From an uncultured Candidatus Saccharibacteria bacterium (lineage in GTDB: Bacteria > Patescibacteriota > Minisyncoccia > Minisyncoccales > PEYH01), in assembly GCA_964616145.1 (NCBI GenBank), contig CAZTRD010000003.1, forward strand, positions 5,892-69,891: a DNA stretch of 64,000 nt. Direction: 5' to 3'. The stretch's first letter is position 1. Each line of letters opens with the position of its first letter. Positions 8,667 to 16,666 of this stretch are shown one piece after another. The position numbers and the translations under genes were made by a program. Below the pieces are notes generated by a model. It was given only the letters and a program-made list of their open reading frames with translations, was not told where the DNA came from and made no database searches.

Positions 8667-8706
8667 GCACGGCACTAACCTTCGGGTTGGTGCCGTGTTC
8701 TGATTT
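8667..8706 (+). terminator. Intrinsic terminator of cassette A
   Basis: GCACGGCACUAACC-UUCG-GGUUGGUGCCGUG forms a ~14-bp GC-rich stem with a UUCG loop, followed by a U-rich tract (uucugauuu). Confidence 0.75.
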
Positions 8707-8757
8707 AATATATAATAATTTTGAACTATCTGATTTAATGTTACAATACAATGAATC

Positions 8758-9534
8758 ATGAACCTAATTCAAACCCAAGCTAAAGAAATCTTCACCAAAA
8801 CCAAACTACTTGGTTGCGATTGGGTGATTAATCAATATGTAGGCTGCGATCATGCCTGCCTCTATTGTTATGCCAAATTCATTTCTCGCTGGAAACCTCT
8901 AGATTATGGAAAATGGGGGACATGGGTAGAAGCAAAGATAAACGGAGGGGAATTAGTAAAGAATAGATATGTGAAAGGATTGGCATATATGAGTTCAATT
9001 TCTGATCCATACCAATCTATTGAAAAGGAATTGAAATTAACCAGAAAGATTCTGGAAAATCTTGATAAAAGAATCCATCTTATCATTCAAACCAAATCAG
9101 ATTTGGTTTTAAGAGATATTGATCTATTTAAACAATTTCAAAACATTGAAATTGGTTTTACGATAAACAGCTTTAATGGAATTTCAAAAGAAATTTTTGA
9201 ACCTTTTTCCGTTTCCAATGAAAAAAGAATAGAAGCTTTAAGGATTTTGAAGGAAAACGGATTAAAAACCTTTGTTTTTGTCAGCCCTATTATTCCTGGA
9301 TTGATAGACTTAAAGAAAGTAATTGATAATACCAAACAATTTACTGATTATTATTGGTTTGAATTCATTAACGTAAAAGCTGCGGGAAAGGAATTTATAG
9401 AAGCATTAAAAAAACATTTTCCTGAAAGCTATAATGTTTTAAATGATAAAAATGAATTCTTAAAATTCATTGCAGAATCAAAACAAATTATTTCTTCTCA
9501 AAACATTAATGTTAGGGGAATAGAAATACATTGA
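8758..9534 (+). CDS. Radical SAM protein (COG1533/SplB-like 'DNA repair photolyase' family)
   Basis: CxxxCxxC cluster motif 'GCDHACLYCYAKF' near the N-terminus, in the context INQYVGC...CYA typical of COG1533. About 258 aa TIM-barrel size. Confidence 0.6.
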   Translation: MNLIQTQAKEIFTKTKLLGCDWVINQYVGCDHACLYCYAKFISRWKPLDYGKWGTWVEAKINGGELVKNRYVKGLAYMSSISDPYQSIEKELKLTRKILENLDKRIHLIIQTKSDLVLRDIDLFKQFQNIEIGFTINSFNGISKEIFEPFSVSNEKRIEALRILKENGLKTFVFVSPIIPGLIDLKKVIDNTKQFTDYYWFEFINVKAAGKEFIEALKKHFPESYNVLNDKNEFLKFIAESKQIISSQNINVRGIEIH

Positions 9535-9574
9535 TTTTACAGATATTATTAAGAGTGGTAATATAAAGCATAAT

Positions 9575-10591
9575 ATGAAATTCCCTAGAACAAAGAAAAT
9601 AATATTCGTTAATAACAAAGGTGGAGTAGGAAAAACCACTTTGGCTTTTAATTGCGCGGTTTCTTTCGCAAAACAAGGATATAAGACAGTTCTAGTTGAT
9701 TTAGATCCCCAATGTAATCTGACCAGGCTTGCTATGGGCGAGCACTTCTACGAAAAAACCCTATTCTCAGATTCAGAAAAAACCATATATGACGTCTTGC
9801 GTGGAGTAATAGAGGGGGGATCCGATGTTAATATAGATGTTCAATTTTTACCAGTAAAAGCAAGCAGTAATCTTACATTACTCAAGGGAGATATTAGGCT
9901 TTCCTTATATGAAAGCATATTAATGTCCGCCTATGGACAAGCAGCAGCCGGAGCTCCCATAGGATATTTTCAAACAAGCGCGATAGATCGTTTTTTAAGA
10001 GAAAAGGGGCTAAGCGAACAGATAGATATTTTTGTCATAGACACGTCTCCAAGCTTAGGAATACTTAATGAAATAATCCTATTAGGGGCCGACTATTTTG
10101 TAGTGCCAATGATGCCAGACGCATTTAGCGTCCAAGGAATAGAGAATCTAGGAATAGTCTATGAACGCTGGAAGGCACTATGGCGCAATACCGCTAAGGC
10201 GCTTTCCGGAGATACTGAAACAAAATTCGTTCTTAACGGAGATCCGCTTTTTATAGGATATATTGTAAACTCTTACAATGTATATGGTCATCAGCCCATT
10301 GCTGATCATAGAATCTGGATGGGAAAAATTCCAGAAAAAGTAAAAAAATACCTCTCAGAAAAGCACTGCCGCAACGGGTTAGTAGAACAGAGCTGGAAGC
10401 AACCACTTCAAATTATTCAAGATTACGGTCGCATTCCGGCAAAATGCCAAGAATTAGGCGTAGCTATTTTTGATCTTGATCCGCAGTTAATAGCAGAGCA
10501 TCAGCAAGGTACGAAAGACAACATAGAGAAATCAAAAGAAGAATTTGATAATCTATCCAAAGCTATTATAGAAACACTTTCCGTCTATTAG
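9575..10591 (+). CDS. ParA/MinD-superfamily ATPase with long C-terminal extension
   Basis: Deviant Walker A 'NNKGGVGKTTLAFN', 'VLVDLDPQCNLT' and Walker B 'IFVIDTSPSLG'. 338 aa. The stop lies 3 nt before the rarA start. Confidence 0.75.
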   Translation: MKFPRTKKIIFVNNKGGVGKTTLAFNCAVSFAKQGYKTVLVDLDPQCNLTRLAMGEHFYEKTLFSDSEKTIYDVLRGVIEGGSDVNIDVQFLPVKASSNLTLLKGDIRLSLYESILMSAYGQAAAGAPIGYFQTSAIDRFLREKGLSEQIDIFVIDTSPSLGILNEIILLGADYFVVPMMPDAFSVQGIENLGIVYERWKALWRNTAKALSGDTETKFVLNGDPLFIGYIVNSYNVYGHQPIADHRIWMGKIPEKVKKYLSEKHCRNGLVEQSWKQPLQIIQDYGRIPAKCQELGVAIFDLDPQLIAEHQQGTKDNIEKSKEEFDNLSKAIIETLSVY

Positions 10592-10594
10592 TAA

Positions 10595-10697
10595 ATGGAA
10601 CCATTAGCTTCAAAGATAAGGCCAAAAACATTAAAGGACTTTGTAGGCCAGGAGCATTTGGTTGGAGAAGGAAAACCTTTAAATATTGCAATAAAAC
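10595..10697 (+). repeat. Right copy of the 103-bp rarA-5' direct repeat (left copy 7881-7983)
   Basis: 98 of 103 positions are identical by manual alignment. All five differences fall on third codon positions or a Leu first position and are synonymous (ccc/cca P, cta/tta L, ggg/gga G twice, cca/cct P). Confidence 0.9.
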
Positions 10698-11725
10698 AGA
10701 AACATCTGTTTTCCTTTATCTTCTGGGGCCCTCCCGGATCCGGAAAGACAACTTTGGCTAAGATATATGCTCATAGTTTAAATGCAGACCTATATGAATT
10801 ATCTGCAGTTTCTGCTGGAAAAGCAGATATCAGAAAGATCGTAATGGAAAATACATTACAGCCTAAGGTTTTGTTTTTAGATGAAATACATAGGTTTAAT
10901 AAAGCTCAACAGGATTTCTTACTCCCATATGTAGAAAGAGGGGAATTGGCTCTAATAGGAGCTACTACAGAAAACCCAAGCTTTGAAGTAATTGCTCCAT
11001 TACTATCCCGTTGCAGGGTTTTTGTCTTAAACGAATTGTCGCCGGAAGAAATGGTAACAATTATCAAGCGTACAGGTTTTAAGATGGATAAAAAAGCAGC
11101 GGATTGGTTAGTTGCAATGGCTAATGGCGATGCCAGGCAAGCCATTACAATGCTTGAGAATTGTTCTGAGTTATATAAATCAATAACTGTAGATAATTTA
11201 AAGAATGCTCTTCAATCCAAATTCTTACGATATGATAAAAAAGGAGAGGAACACTATAACACCATCTCTGCTTTCATTAAAAGCATGAGAGCAAGCCAAC
11301 CAGATGCAGCCCTCTACTATTTAGCCAGAATGATTGATTCTGGTGAAGATCCTAAATTCATTGCCAGAAGAATGGTAATCTTTGCCTCTGAAGACATAGG
11401 ATTAGCTCAACCAACTGCGTTGGTTGTAGCTAATGATGTATTCAGAGCAGTAGAGAATATTGGTTTGCCAGAATGCGGAATCAATCTGGCTCATGGAGTA
11501 GCATATCTTTGCAAATGCAAGAAGAATAGAGATGCATATAACGGATACATGGCTGCGATGAAAGATGTCCAAGATTATGGAAATCTTCCTATTCCTTTAA
11601 TGTTAAGGAATCCTGAAACAAAACTAATGAAGGATTTAGATTATGGCAAAGGATATGAAAAATATTCTAAAGAAGACTATTTGCCAGAGAAATTAAAGGG
11701 AAGAAAATATTTAAGAGAGTCTTGA
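10595..11725 (+). CDS. rarA: Replication-associated recombination protein A (AAA+ ATPase RarA/MgsA)
   Basis: 'LRPKTLKDFVGQEHL', Walker A 'GPPGSGKTTLA', Walker B 'VLFLDEIHRFNKAQQD', 'GATTENPSFEV', and a C-terminal MgsA domain with 'HYNTISAFIKSMRASQPDAALYYLARMIDSGEDPKFIARRM'. Confidence 0.9.
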   Translation: MEPLASKIRPKTLKDFVGQEHLVGEGKPLNIAIKQKHLFSFIFWGPPGSGKTTLAKIYAHSLNADLYELSAVSAGKADIRKIVMENTLQPKVLFLDEIHRFNKAQQDFLLPYVERGELALIGATTENPSFEVIAPLLSRCRVFVLNELSPEEMVTIIKRTGFKMDKKAADWLVAMANGDARQAITMLENCSELYKSITVDNLKNALQSKFLRYDKKGEEHYNTISAFIKSMRASQPDAALYYLARMIDSGEDPKFIARRMVIFASEDIGLAQPTALVVANDVFRAVENIGLPECGINLAHGVAYLCKCKKNRDAYNGYMAAMKDVQDYGNLPIPLMLRNPETKLMKDLDYGKGYEKYSKEDYLPEKLKGRKYLRES

Positions 11726-11758
11726 CAGAAGTATTACCGTTGTATATACTATGGATAT

Positions 11759-12034
11759 ATGAAAACAGTAATCAATATTAAAACCGATCCGGAGGTTAAA
11801 ATTAATGCCCAGAAAATTGCCAAAGAACTAGGTATAGCTCTTAGCGATGTTATCAATGCTTCTCTCAGAAACTTTATTAGAACGCGGGAGGTATATCTTT
11901 CTGCTATTCCAAGGATGACTCCAGAATTTGAAATTTTGCTTGGCAGAGTGGAGGACGATATAAAAAGAGGAAAGAATCTTTCTCCGGCATTTTCTTCTAT
12001 GGATGAAATTAATAATTACTTAGATAATTTATGA
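11759..12034 (+). CDS. Type II antitoxin (RelB/DinJ-like)
   Basis: 91-aa protein directly upstream of a RelE/YafQ-type toxin and overlapping it by 4 bp (ATGA). The N-terminal ribbon-helix-helix-like segment is 'VINIKTDPEVKINAQKIAKELGIALSDVINASLRNFI'. Confidence 0.65.
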   Translation: MKTVINIKTDPEVKINAQKIAKELGIALSDVINASLRNFIRTREVYLSAIPRMTPEFEILLGRVEDDIKRGKNLSPAFSSMDEINNYLDNL

Positions 12035-12294
12035 TTTCAATTATATTCCATAGAGATTTTGAGAAGAAATATATAAAACTATCGCAGAAAGATAAACAGA
12101 GAATAAAAGAAAGAATAAGAATTTTCAAGGAAGATATATTTAATCCCATACTTAATAATCATCCTCTAGAGGGTAAATATAAAGGGTATAGGAGTATTAA
12201 TATTACAGGAGATCTAAGGATTATATATAAATTACAAAATATTAATGTTATTATTTTCGTAGCCATCAATAATCATAGCAACCTATATAAATAG
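12031..12294 (+). CDS. Type II toxin, RelE/YafQ family mRNA interferase
   Basis: 'FEKKYIKLSQKDKQRIKERIRIF...NHPLEGKYKGYRSINITGDLRIIYK' matches the RelE/YafQ pattern (HxL.G...g.....i..d.R.iy). Confidence 0.7.
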   Translation: MISIIFHRDFEKKYIKLSQKDKQRIKERIRIFKEDIFNPILNNHPLEGKYKGYRSINITGDLRIIYKLQNINVIIFVAINNHSNLYK

Positions 12295-12299
12295 AATAA

Positions 12300-12683
12300 A
12301 TGAATAAAGGAGTAAGTGCTGTAATACAGAATAATAATCAGATTCTAGTTTTAAAAAGAATAGGGAATGTAGAATTTTCTCCTGGTACTTGGGATTTCCC
12401 AGGAGGGAAGGCTTTAGAAAACGAATCTTTAAAAGACGCTTTATTGAGAGAAGTAAAAGAAGAAACTAATTTAGAGATAGAACCGGAAGAAAATTATTTC
12501 TATATCTTTCCTTATCCTAACGGACAAATCAATATTTATGCCTTTAAAGCCAAGCTAATTGGAGGGAATATAGTATTAGATAAAAAACATACAGATTTTA
12601 AATGGATTTCCAAAGATAATTGGAAAGATTTAGATTATAGCTTAAGTACCAAAGCAATAATTCAAGAATATTTTAAATCTTGA
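12300..12683 (+). CDS. NUDIX hydrolase
   Basis: Nudix box 'GGKALENESLKDALLREVKEETNL' (Gx5Ex7REUxEExGU). Confidence 0.85.
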   Translation: MNKGVSAVIQNNNQILVLKRIGNVEFSPGTWDFPGGKALENESLKDALLREVKEETNLEIEPEENYFYIFPYPNGQINIYAFKAKLIGGNIVLDKKHTDFKWISKDNWKDLDYSLSTKAIIQEYFKS

Positions 12684-12736
12684 CTCTTGAAGAATAAAAA
12701 GAGAAAATAGAGTCATATAATTAATATATTTAACAT

Positions 12737-12976
12737 ATGGCAGGTTTAGTTATTCTCGGTTTAGTACTTATCGTTCTGGGTTGGGCCCTACAAGCATTCT
12801 TTACGTATAAAGGAGAAAGAGAAATACATATGCTTTTCCTTATCTGCTACGTATTAGGAGCATTTATTCTAGCTCTTGATGGATATCTTGAGAGTTCATG
12901 GCTTCCAGCAGTGCTTAATACCTTAGCTGTAATAGGTGTGGCATTGGTGATAAAAAAGATAGGGGTTAAAAAATAG
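12737..12976 (+). CDS. Small membrane protein (79 aa, 3 hydrophobic helices)
   Basis: MAGLVILGLVLIVLGWALQAFF, MLFLICYVLGAFILAL and LPAVLNTLAVIGVALVI. No family recognised. Confidence 0.5.
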   Translation: MAGLVILGLVLIVLGWALQAFFTYKGEREIHMLFLICYVLGAFILALDGYLESSWLPAVLNTLAVIGVALVIKKIGVKK

Positions 12977-12989
12977 ACAGGATAGGTTT

Positions 12990-13030
12990 AAAAACAGAAC
13001 GGGAGGGGATCGTAGTCCTCTCCCGTTTAC
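12990..13030. terminator. GC-rich hairpin between convergent genes (bidirectional terminator)
   Basis: AACGGGAGGGGA-ucguag-UCCUCUCCCGUU forms a ~12-bp stem with one G-U pair. A T-run follows on the minus strand (ctgtttttaaa) and a weaker one on the plus strand (tttacgttt). Confidence 0.65.
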
Positions 13031-13998
13031 GTTTCCTCGCTGTACGACACTTCCCAGTCCGATGTTCCAGACGGGAAGACCTCTGCGACGATGTAGTCCT
13101 TCTGGGCATCCAGACCGGTAGTGATGAGGAGCTCAATCCCGCCAAGTCTGCCAGAAGGGTCTCCCAGCGTTTCTGCCTGAGCGGCGACCTGGCACTCGAC
13201 AGGATCTGTCGCAATTTCAAGACCAAGAAGTTGTCTGAGATCGTAATAGAACCAATCCCTGACTGATCCATCGATCTTCTTGAGAGCTATTGCCAGCAGG
13301 TACAAAGGCCACTTTTCAGCAACCTCTTGCACCGCTTGCACTCCTTTCAGATCGGGGAATTTCTTTTTGCTCTCGAAATTGAATGTCCCTATGTAGCTAT
13401 AGAGCGCCACCCAGACGAATCTGGAAAAACCCTGAAGCTGATATTGCAGTTTCTTGTTCCCGTTAATCTCAGCCCAGAAGATATCGCGCACCAATAGAGC
13501 ATCTTCCCTTGAGAAGGTGAATCTCACGCCCCTAGGGACAGGAATTTCCACCTGTCTAGATCTAAGGGTTTTGATTCTTCTCCCGGGCAGATAGACTCTA
13601 TTGATTCGAATATTGTGGGTTGGAGATTTCCACGTCATTACCGTTACCCTGGTTATCCTTTGGATCAGCGTGAAAAGTTGCGGAGCAACTAGGAGGTATT
13701 GCTCTTCTGACAGAACTGCTTGTTTCTCGCGTCGAGGTATATATGATTCTCTCGGCAGTTTATCTCTGCCGTCGGACTTGTGATACGGCCTCGTGCGCCA
13801 GAGACCAATTTCCATCAGAACAGCTTGCTCGCTAGTACCGTCATGAACACCGACTACCGCTATCACATCCAATCTGGCTCGAGGATTCTCCGTGACCCTA
13901 AAAGAGGCATTGCCAGGATCTATGATGATCAGATACCTGGCATTTCTTTCAATGGTCTCCACGTCCCGTCTTGCTCTCTCTGGATCGAACCCTGACAT
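13027..13998 (-). CDS. High-GC cassette B: 324-aa soluble protein, no recognised family
   Basis: About 57 % GC (hand count). AGGAGGGAGG lies 7 nt upstream of the ATG at 13998 (MSGFDPERARR...). The longer track ORF (to 14091) adds 31 codons made of the AT-rich promoter region. An open frame of over 320 codons in GC-rich DNA is very unlikely by chance. Confidence 0.7.
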   Translation of the reverse strand: MSGFDPERARRDVETIERNARYLIIIDPGNASFRVTENPRARLDVIAVVGVHDGTSEQAVLMEIGLWRTRPYHKSDGRDKLPRESYIPRREKQAVLSEEQYLLVAPQLFTLIQRITRVTVMTWKSPTHNIRINRVYLPGRRIKTLRSRQVEIPVPRGVRFTFSREDALLVRDIFWAEINGNKKLQYQLQGFSRFVWVALYSYIGTFNFESKKKFPDLKGVQAVQEVAEKWPLYLLAIALKKIDGSVRDWFYYDLRQLLGLEIATDPVECQVAAQAETLGDPSGRLGGIELLITTGLDAQKDYIVAEVFPSGTSDWEVSYSEET

Positions 13999-14062
13999 TG
14001 ACTTTCCTCCCTCCTTTCGCATTTCAGCGAGTTTTTTGTACAAGGTGCAGAAATGATATTTC

Positions 14063-14091
14063 ACCTTAAAGGGTATATAAAAAAATGTCAA
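14063..14091 (-). promoter_or_regulatory. Sigma70-type promoter of cassette B
   Basis: On the minus strand: TTGACA (14091-14086), a 17-nt spacer, then TAAGGT (14068-14063). Confidence 0.45.
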
Positions 14092-14129
14092 ACATTGCTT
14101 TTTGGTTCTTTACTGCTAATATTTAATCA

Positions 14130-14501
14130 ATGGAAAGAATTGAATTTGAACAATTAGTAGAAAAAGGGGTTCTTTTAATTCCTAGAAAATTCAGACATTT
14201 GATGAAAAATGTCAGCATTGTAATTGATGATTATCCAACTCAAGAACAATTAAGAAAATCTCACATTAGATCCGGTTCCACGCTATTAGGCCTGTATGAA
14301 GGAATCCCTCAGACCCATAGAGATACTGGTTATGCTAATGTATTGCCAGACAAAATTACTATTTTCCAAAAAGCAATAGAAAGTATGGCTCATGATCCGA
14401 TATCGATAGAAAAACTGGTAGCAGATACCGTATGGCATGAAATAGCTCATCATTTTGGATTAAATGAACAAGAAATCAGGAATGCTCAAAGAAATGTTTA
14501 A
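14130..14501 (+). CDS. Zincin-like metallopeptidase family protein (DUF1025/Zincin_1-like)
   Basis: C-terminal 'TVWHEIAHHFGLNEQEI' contains the HExxH motif, in a ~120-aa protein with 'LLGLYEGIPQTHR', typical of this family. Confidence 0.7.
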   Translation: MERIEFEQLVEKGVLLIPRKFRHLMKNVSIVIDDYPTQEQLRKSHIRSGSTLLGLYEGIPQTHRDTGYANVLPDKITIFQKAIESMAHDPISIEKLVADTVWHEIAHHFGLNEQEIRNAQRNV

Positions 14502-15639
14502 ATTTGAAATAGAAAAAACTTCCAAAAAGAGCAAGGCAAGAGTTGGAACAATTACAACTCCTCATGGAAGGATAAAAACCCCTGCCTTTATCCCGGTAGC
14601 TACCTTTGGAGTAATTAAAGGAGGTTTGGATTTCAAGGATTTTGAGAAAACCAAGGCTCAATGCCAGATTACCAATACTTTTCACTTCATTGATCTTGAT
14701 AGGACTAAAGAAGTCAAGAATTTTGGCGGATTGCATAAATTCTTTAATTGCAACAAGCCAATTTTTACTGACTCAGGAGGATTTCAAGTATTTTCTTTGG
14801 GAAAGGGTGCAGAATTTGGTTTGGGAAAAATCGGTTCCATTTTTCCTGAAAAAAGAAATAAAGAGAAAACTTCTGCAAATCTTGTAAAAAGAATAGGGGA
14901 TAAGGGAGTATTCTTTAAATCACCGAAAGATGGAAGAGAAATATGGCTTACTCCGGAATCTTCCGCTTTAGCCCAAAAAGAATTAGGAGCTGACTTCATA
15001 TATCTTTTTGATGTTTGCGGATCTCCCTTAGATGGCAAGCAAACCACAAAAAGGGAGATGGAATTAAGCCATGAATGGTTTAAAAGGTTTTTAAATACAA
15101 AAATATCCTTAAATCAAAGGGTTTTTGGAATTATTCAAGGAGGGATTTATAGGGACCTGAGGATTAAATCAACAGAATTTGTAAACAATCTTGACGTATT
15201 CGGAATAGCTATTGGCGGAGCTTTAGGAAAGAAAAAAGAAGATATGTATAAGACAATATCTTGGGTAAATGAAAGGATTGACTGGCAGAAACCTCATCAT
15301 TTATTAGGAATAGGGGATTTGGATGTAATGGAGAAGATAATCAAATTAGGAATTGATCTTTTTGATTGCGCCCTGCCAACAAGGATTGCCAGACATGGAG
15401 TAGCTTTAACATCCAAAGGCCCTATAGATTTAAAGAAGTCCGTCTTAAAGGATAGATTCAAACCATTGGATAAAGATTGCAAATGTTTTGCCTGCCAAAA
15501 CTATACTCAGGCCCAGATTAATTTCCTTTTCAAATCAAAGGAACAATTAGCCGGACGGCTATTAACTATTCATAATCTGTATTTCATTGAATCTCTTTTA
15601 GAGAAAATCAGAGAAAAGATAGAGGATAACAAGTTTTAA
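14494..15639 (+). CDS. tgt: Queuine tRNA-ribosyltransferase (tRNA-guanine transglycosylase)
   Basis: 'MFKFEIEKTSKKSKARVGTITTPHGRIKTPAFIPVAT' is the Tgt N-terminus. 'FTDSGGFQVFSL' and 'GIAIGG' are present, and the zinc site is 'CKCFACQNYTQAQINFL...H'. The track ORF starts at 14464; in-frame ATGs at 14482 and 14494 fit the family N-terminus better and shorten the overlap with the upstream gene. Confidence 0.85.
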   Translation: MFKFEIEKTSKKSKARVGTITTPHGRIKTPAFIPVATFGVIKGGLDFKDFEKTKAQCQITNTFHFIDLDRTKEVKNFGGLHKFFNCNKPIFTDSGGFQVFSLGKGAEFGLGKIGSIFPEKRNKEKTSANLVKRIGDKGVFFKSPKDGREIWLTPESSALAQKELGADFIYLFDVCGSPLDGKQTTKREMELSHEWFKRFLNTKISLNQRVFGIIQGGIYRDLRIKSTEFVNNLDVFGIAIGGALGKKKEDMYKTISWVNERIDWQKPHHLLGIGDLDVMEKIIKLGIDLFDCALPTRIARHGVALTSKGPIDLKKSVLKDRFKPLDKDCKCFACQNYTQAQINFLFKSKEQLAGRLLTIHNLYFIESLLEKIREKIEDNKF

Positions 15640-16562
15640 AATTTTAAGAAAGAGGAGTGAGGAGTTTGAATCTTTCTAAAATAGTAAAACTGTTTTTTCA
15701 AATCAGCTCCTGGGGGCCCGTTTTGTATTCTATCTAAAAACTTCTGCAGATTTTTGTACTTTCCCTGTCCTATGATTTCAATAAAGTCATTTTCAATATT
15801 TTTTGCTTTTCCTTTGATATCAAATCTCTTTGCCCATAATCTTGCATAATTCCTGAATCCGATTCCTTGGACTGTCCCTTGGGCTTTAAAATATATTTCA
15901 AGATCATCTTCCTGAAATGTTTTTAAATCTATCGCCTCATTGATAGTGAATCTGTCTACTTTAATCCTGGTCAAAGAATTAAGAAGACCTCCTGTATTCA
16001 ATAGATTCCCTAAATCATTGGCTAAGCTGCGGATATAGTAACCGGAACTGACCAAAAGCTCTAATTTTACAATTGCATAATCTTTCTTGATTGAATAATC
16101 AAGAATTTTGTATTCAAAAAGTTCTACTTCTTTTGGTTGCAATTCAAATTCTTTTCCTTCCCTGGCTAATTTGTAAGCCGGGATACCAGATATTTTAACC
16201 GCAGAATATTTTGGAGGAGTTTGTTTTCTTTTTCCCAGAAAAGAATTTAAAGATTTTTCAATTTCTTTTTTTGCAGGAAATTCTTTTACATTTAATTTCT
16301 CTACATTACCTGTAATATCATATGTATCTGATCTGCTTCCTAAAAGAATTTCAGCAATGTATTGCTTTTTGCTGTTTTTCAATATCGTATTTAAAACGCT
16401 GGTAGCGTTCTTGCCAATGGCAACGATTAAAACTCCCTTTGCAAAAGGATCTAAGGTTCCCCCATGCCCTATGGTTTTTTCATTAAGCCTTCTCTTGAGA
16501 AAATTGACTACATCAAAGGAAGTCCAAGTCTCCGGTTTATTAATAACAGCTATTCCTCTCAT
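15636..16562 (-). CDS. truB: tRNA pseudouridine-55 synthase fused to a C-terminal acylphosphatase-like domain
   Basis: The N-terminal 'GIAVINKPETWTSFDVVNFLKR...IGHGGTLDPFAKGVLIVAIG' carries the TruB motifs, including the catalytic Asp. The C-terminal ~90 aa 'YFKAQGTVQGIGFRNYARLWAKRFDIKGKAKNIENDFIEIIGQG' matches both acylphosphatase signatures (V.G.VQGVGFR ; G.v.N..dG.Ve). Confidence 0.8.
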   Translation of the reverse strand: MRGIAVINKPETWTSFDVVNFLKRRLNEKTIGHGGTLDPFAKGVLIVAIGKNATSVLNTILKNSKKQYIAEILLGSRSDTYDITGNVEKLNVKEFPAKKEIEKSLNSFLGKRKQTPPKYSAVKISGIPAYKLAREGKEFELQPKEVELFEYKILDYSIKKDYAIVKLELLVSSGYYIRSLANDLGNLLNTGGLLNSLTRIKVDRFTINEAIDLKTFQEDDLEIYFKAQGTVQGIGFRNYARLWAKRFDIKGKAKNIENDFIEIIGQGKYKNLQKFLDRIQNGPPGADLKKQFYYFRKIQTPHSSFLKF

Positions 16563-16605
16563 ATTTCTGCATTTTTGCAGATTATTTTAAATATGGCAAT
16601 AATGA

Positions 16606-16634
16606 TTGACTAAAATTGTTTAATTGATTAAGAT
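16606..16634 (+). promoter_or_regulatory. Sigma70-type promoter of cassette C
   Basis: TTGACT (16606-16611), a 17-nt spacer, then TAAGAT (16629-16634). Confidence 0.55.
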
Positions 16635-16666
16635 TTACAAGAACACTCGTCCGCAAAGGAGATACC

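Noticed and set aside
8699-8739. An 11-bp direct repeat TCTGATTTAAT (8699-8709 and 8729-8739) just after the cassette A terminator, considered as a possible target-site duplication.
   Set aside because: Both copies lie on the same side of the cassette, and no matching copy exists at the left boundary. The sequence is AT-rich and low-complexity, so chance is plausible.
8263-8759. Alternative-frame and antisense ORFs inside cassette A (8263-8655 +, 8278-8547 -, 8544-8759 -).
   Set aside because: These are Arg/Pro/Ser-rich off-frame translations of the kind GC-rich DNA produces, since it has few stop codons. They have no SD. The 8129-8644 frame gives a coherent membrane protein.
11759-12294. 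The RelB/RelE-type toxin-antitoxin pair as a novel system.
   Set aside because: It is an ordinary type II TA module with the canonical gene order, a 4-bp overlap and standard motifs. It is annotated as a feature only.
12966-13995. Track ORFs 12966-13271 (-), 13601-13783 (+) and 13780-13995 (+) inside cassette B.
   Set aside because: They are shadow ORFs of the 324-aa frame in GC-rich sequence. Their composition is low-complexity and Arg-rich, and no start signals are present.
13999-14091. The N-terminal extension of the cassette B ORF to 14091 (MTFFYIPFKVKYHFCTLYKKLAEMRKEGGKS).
   Set aside because: This segment is AT-rich and contains the TTGACA-17-TAAGGT promoter and the AGGAGGGAGG SD that serve ATG 13998. 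It is therefore almost certainly untranslated.
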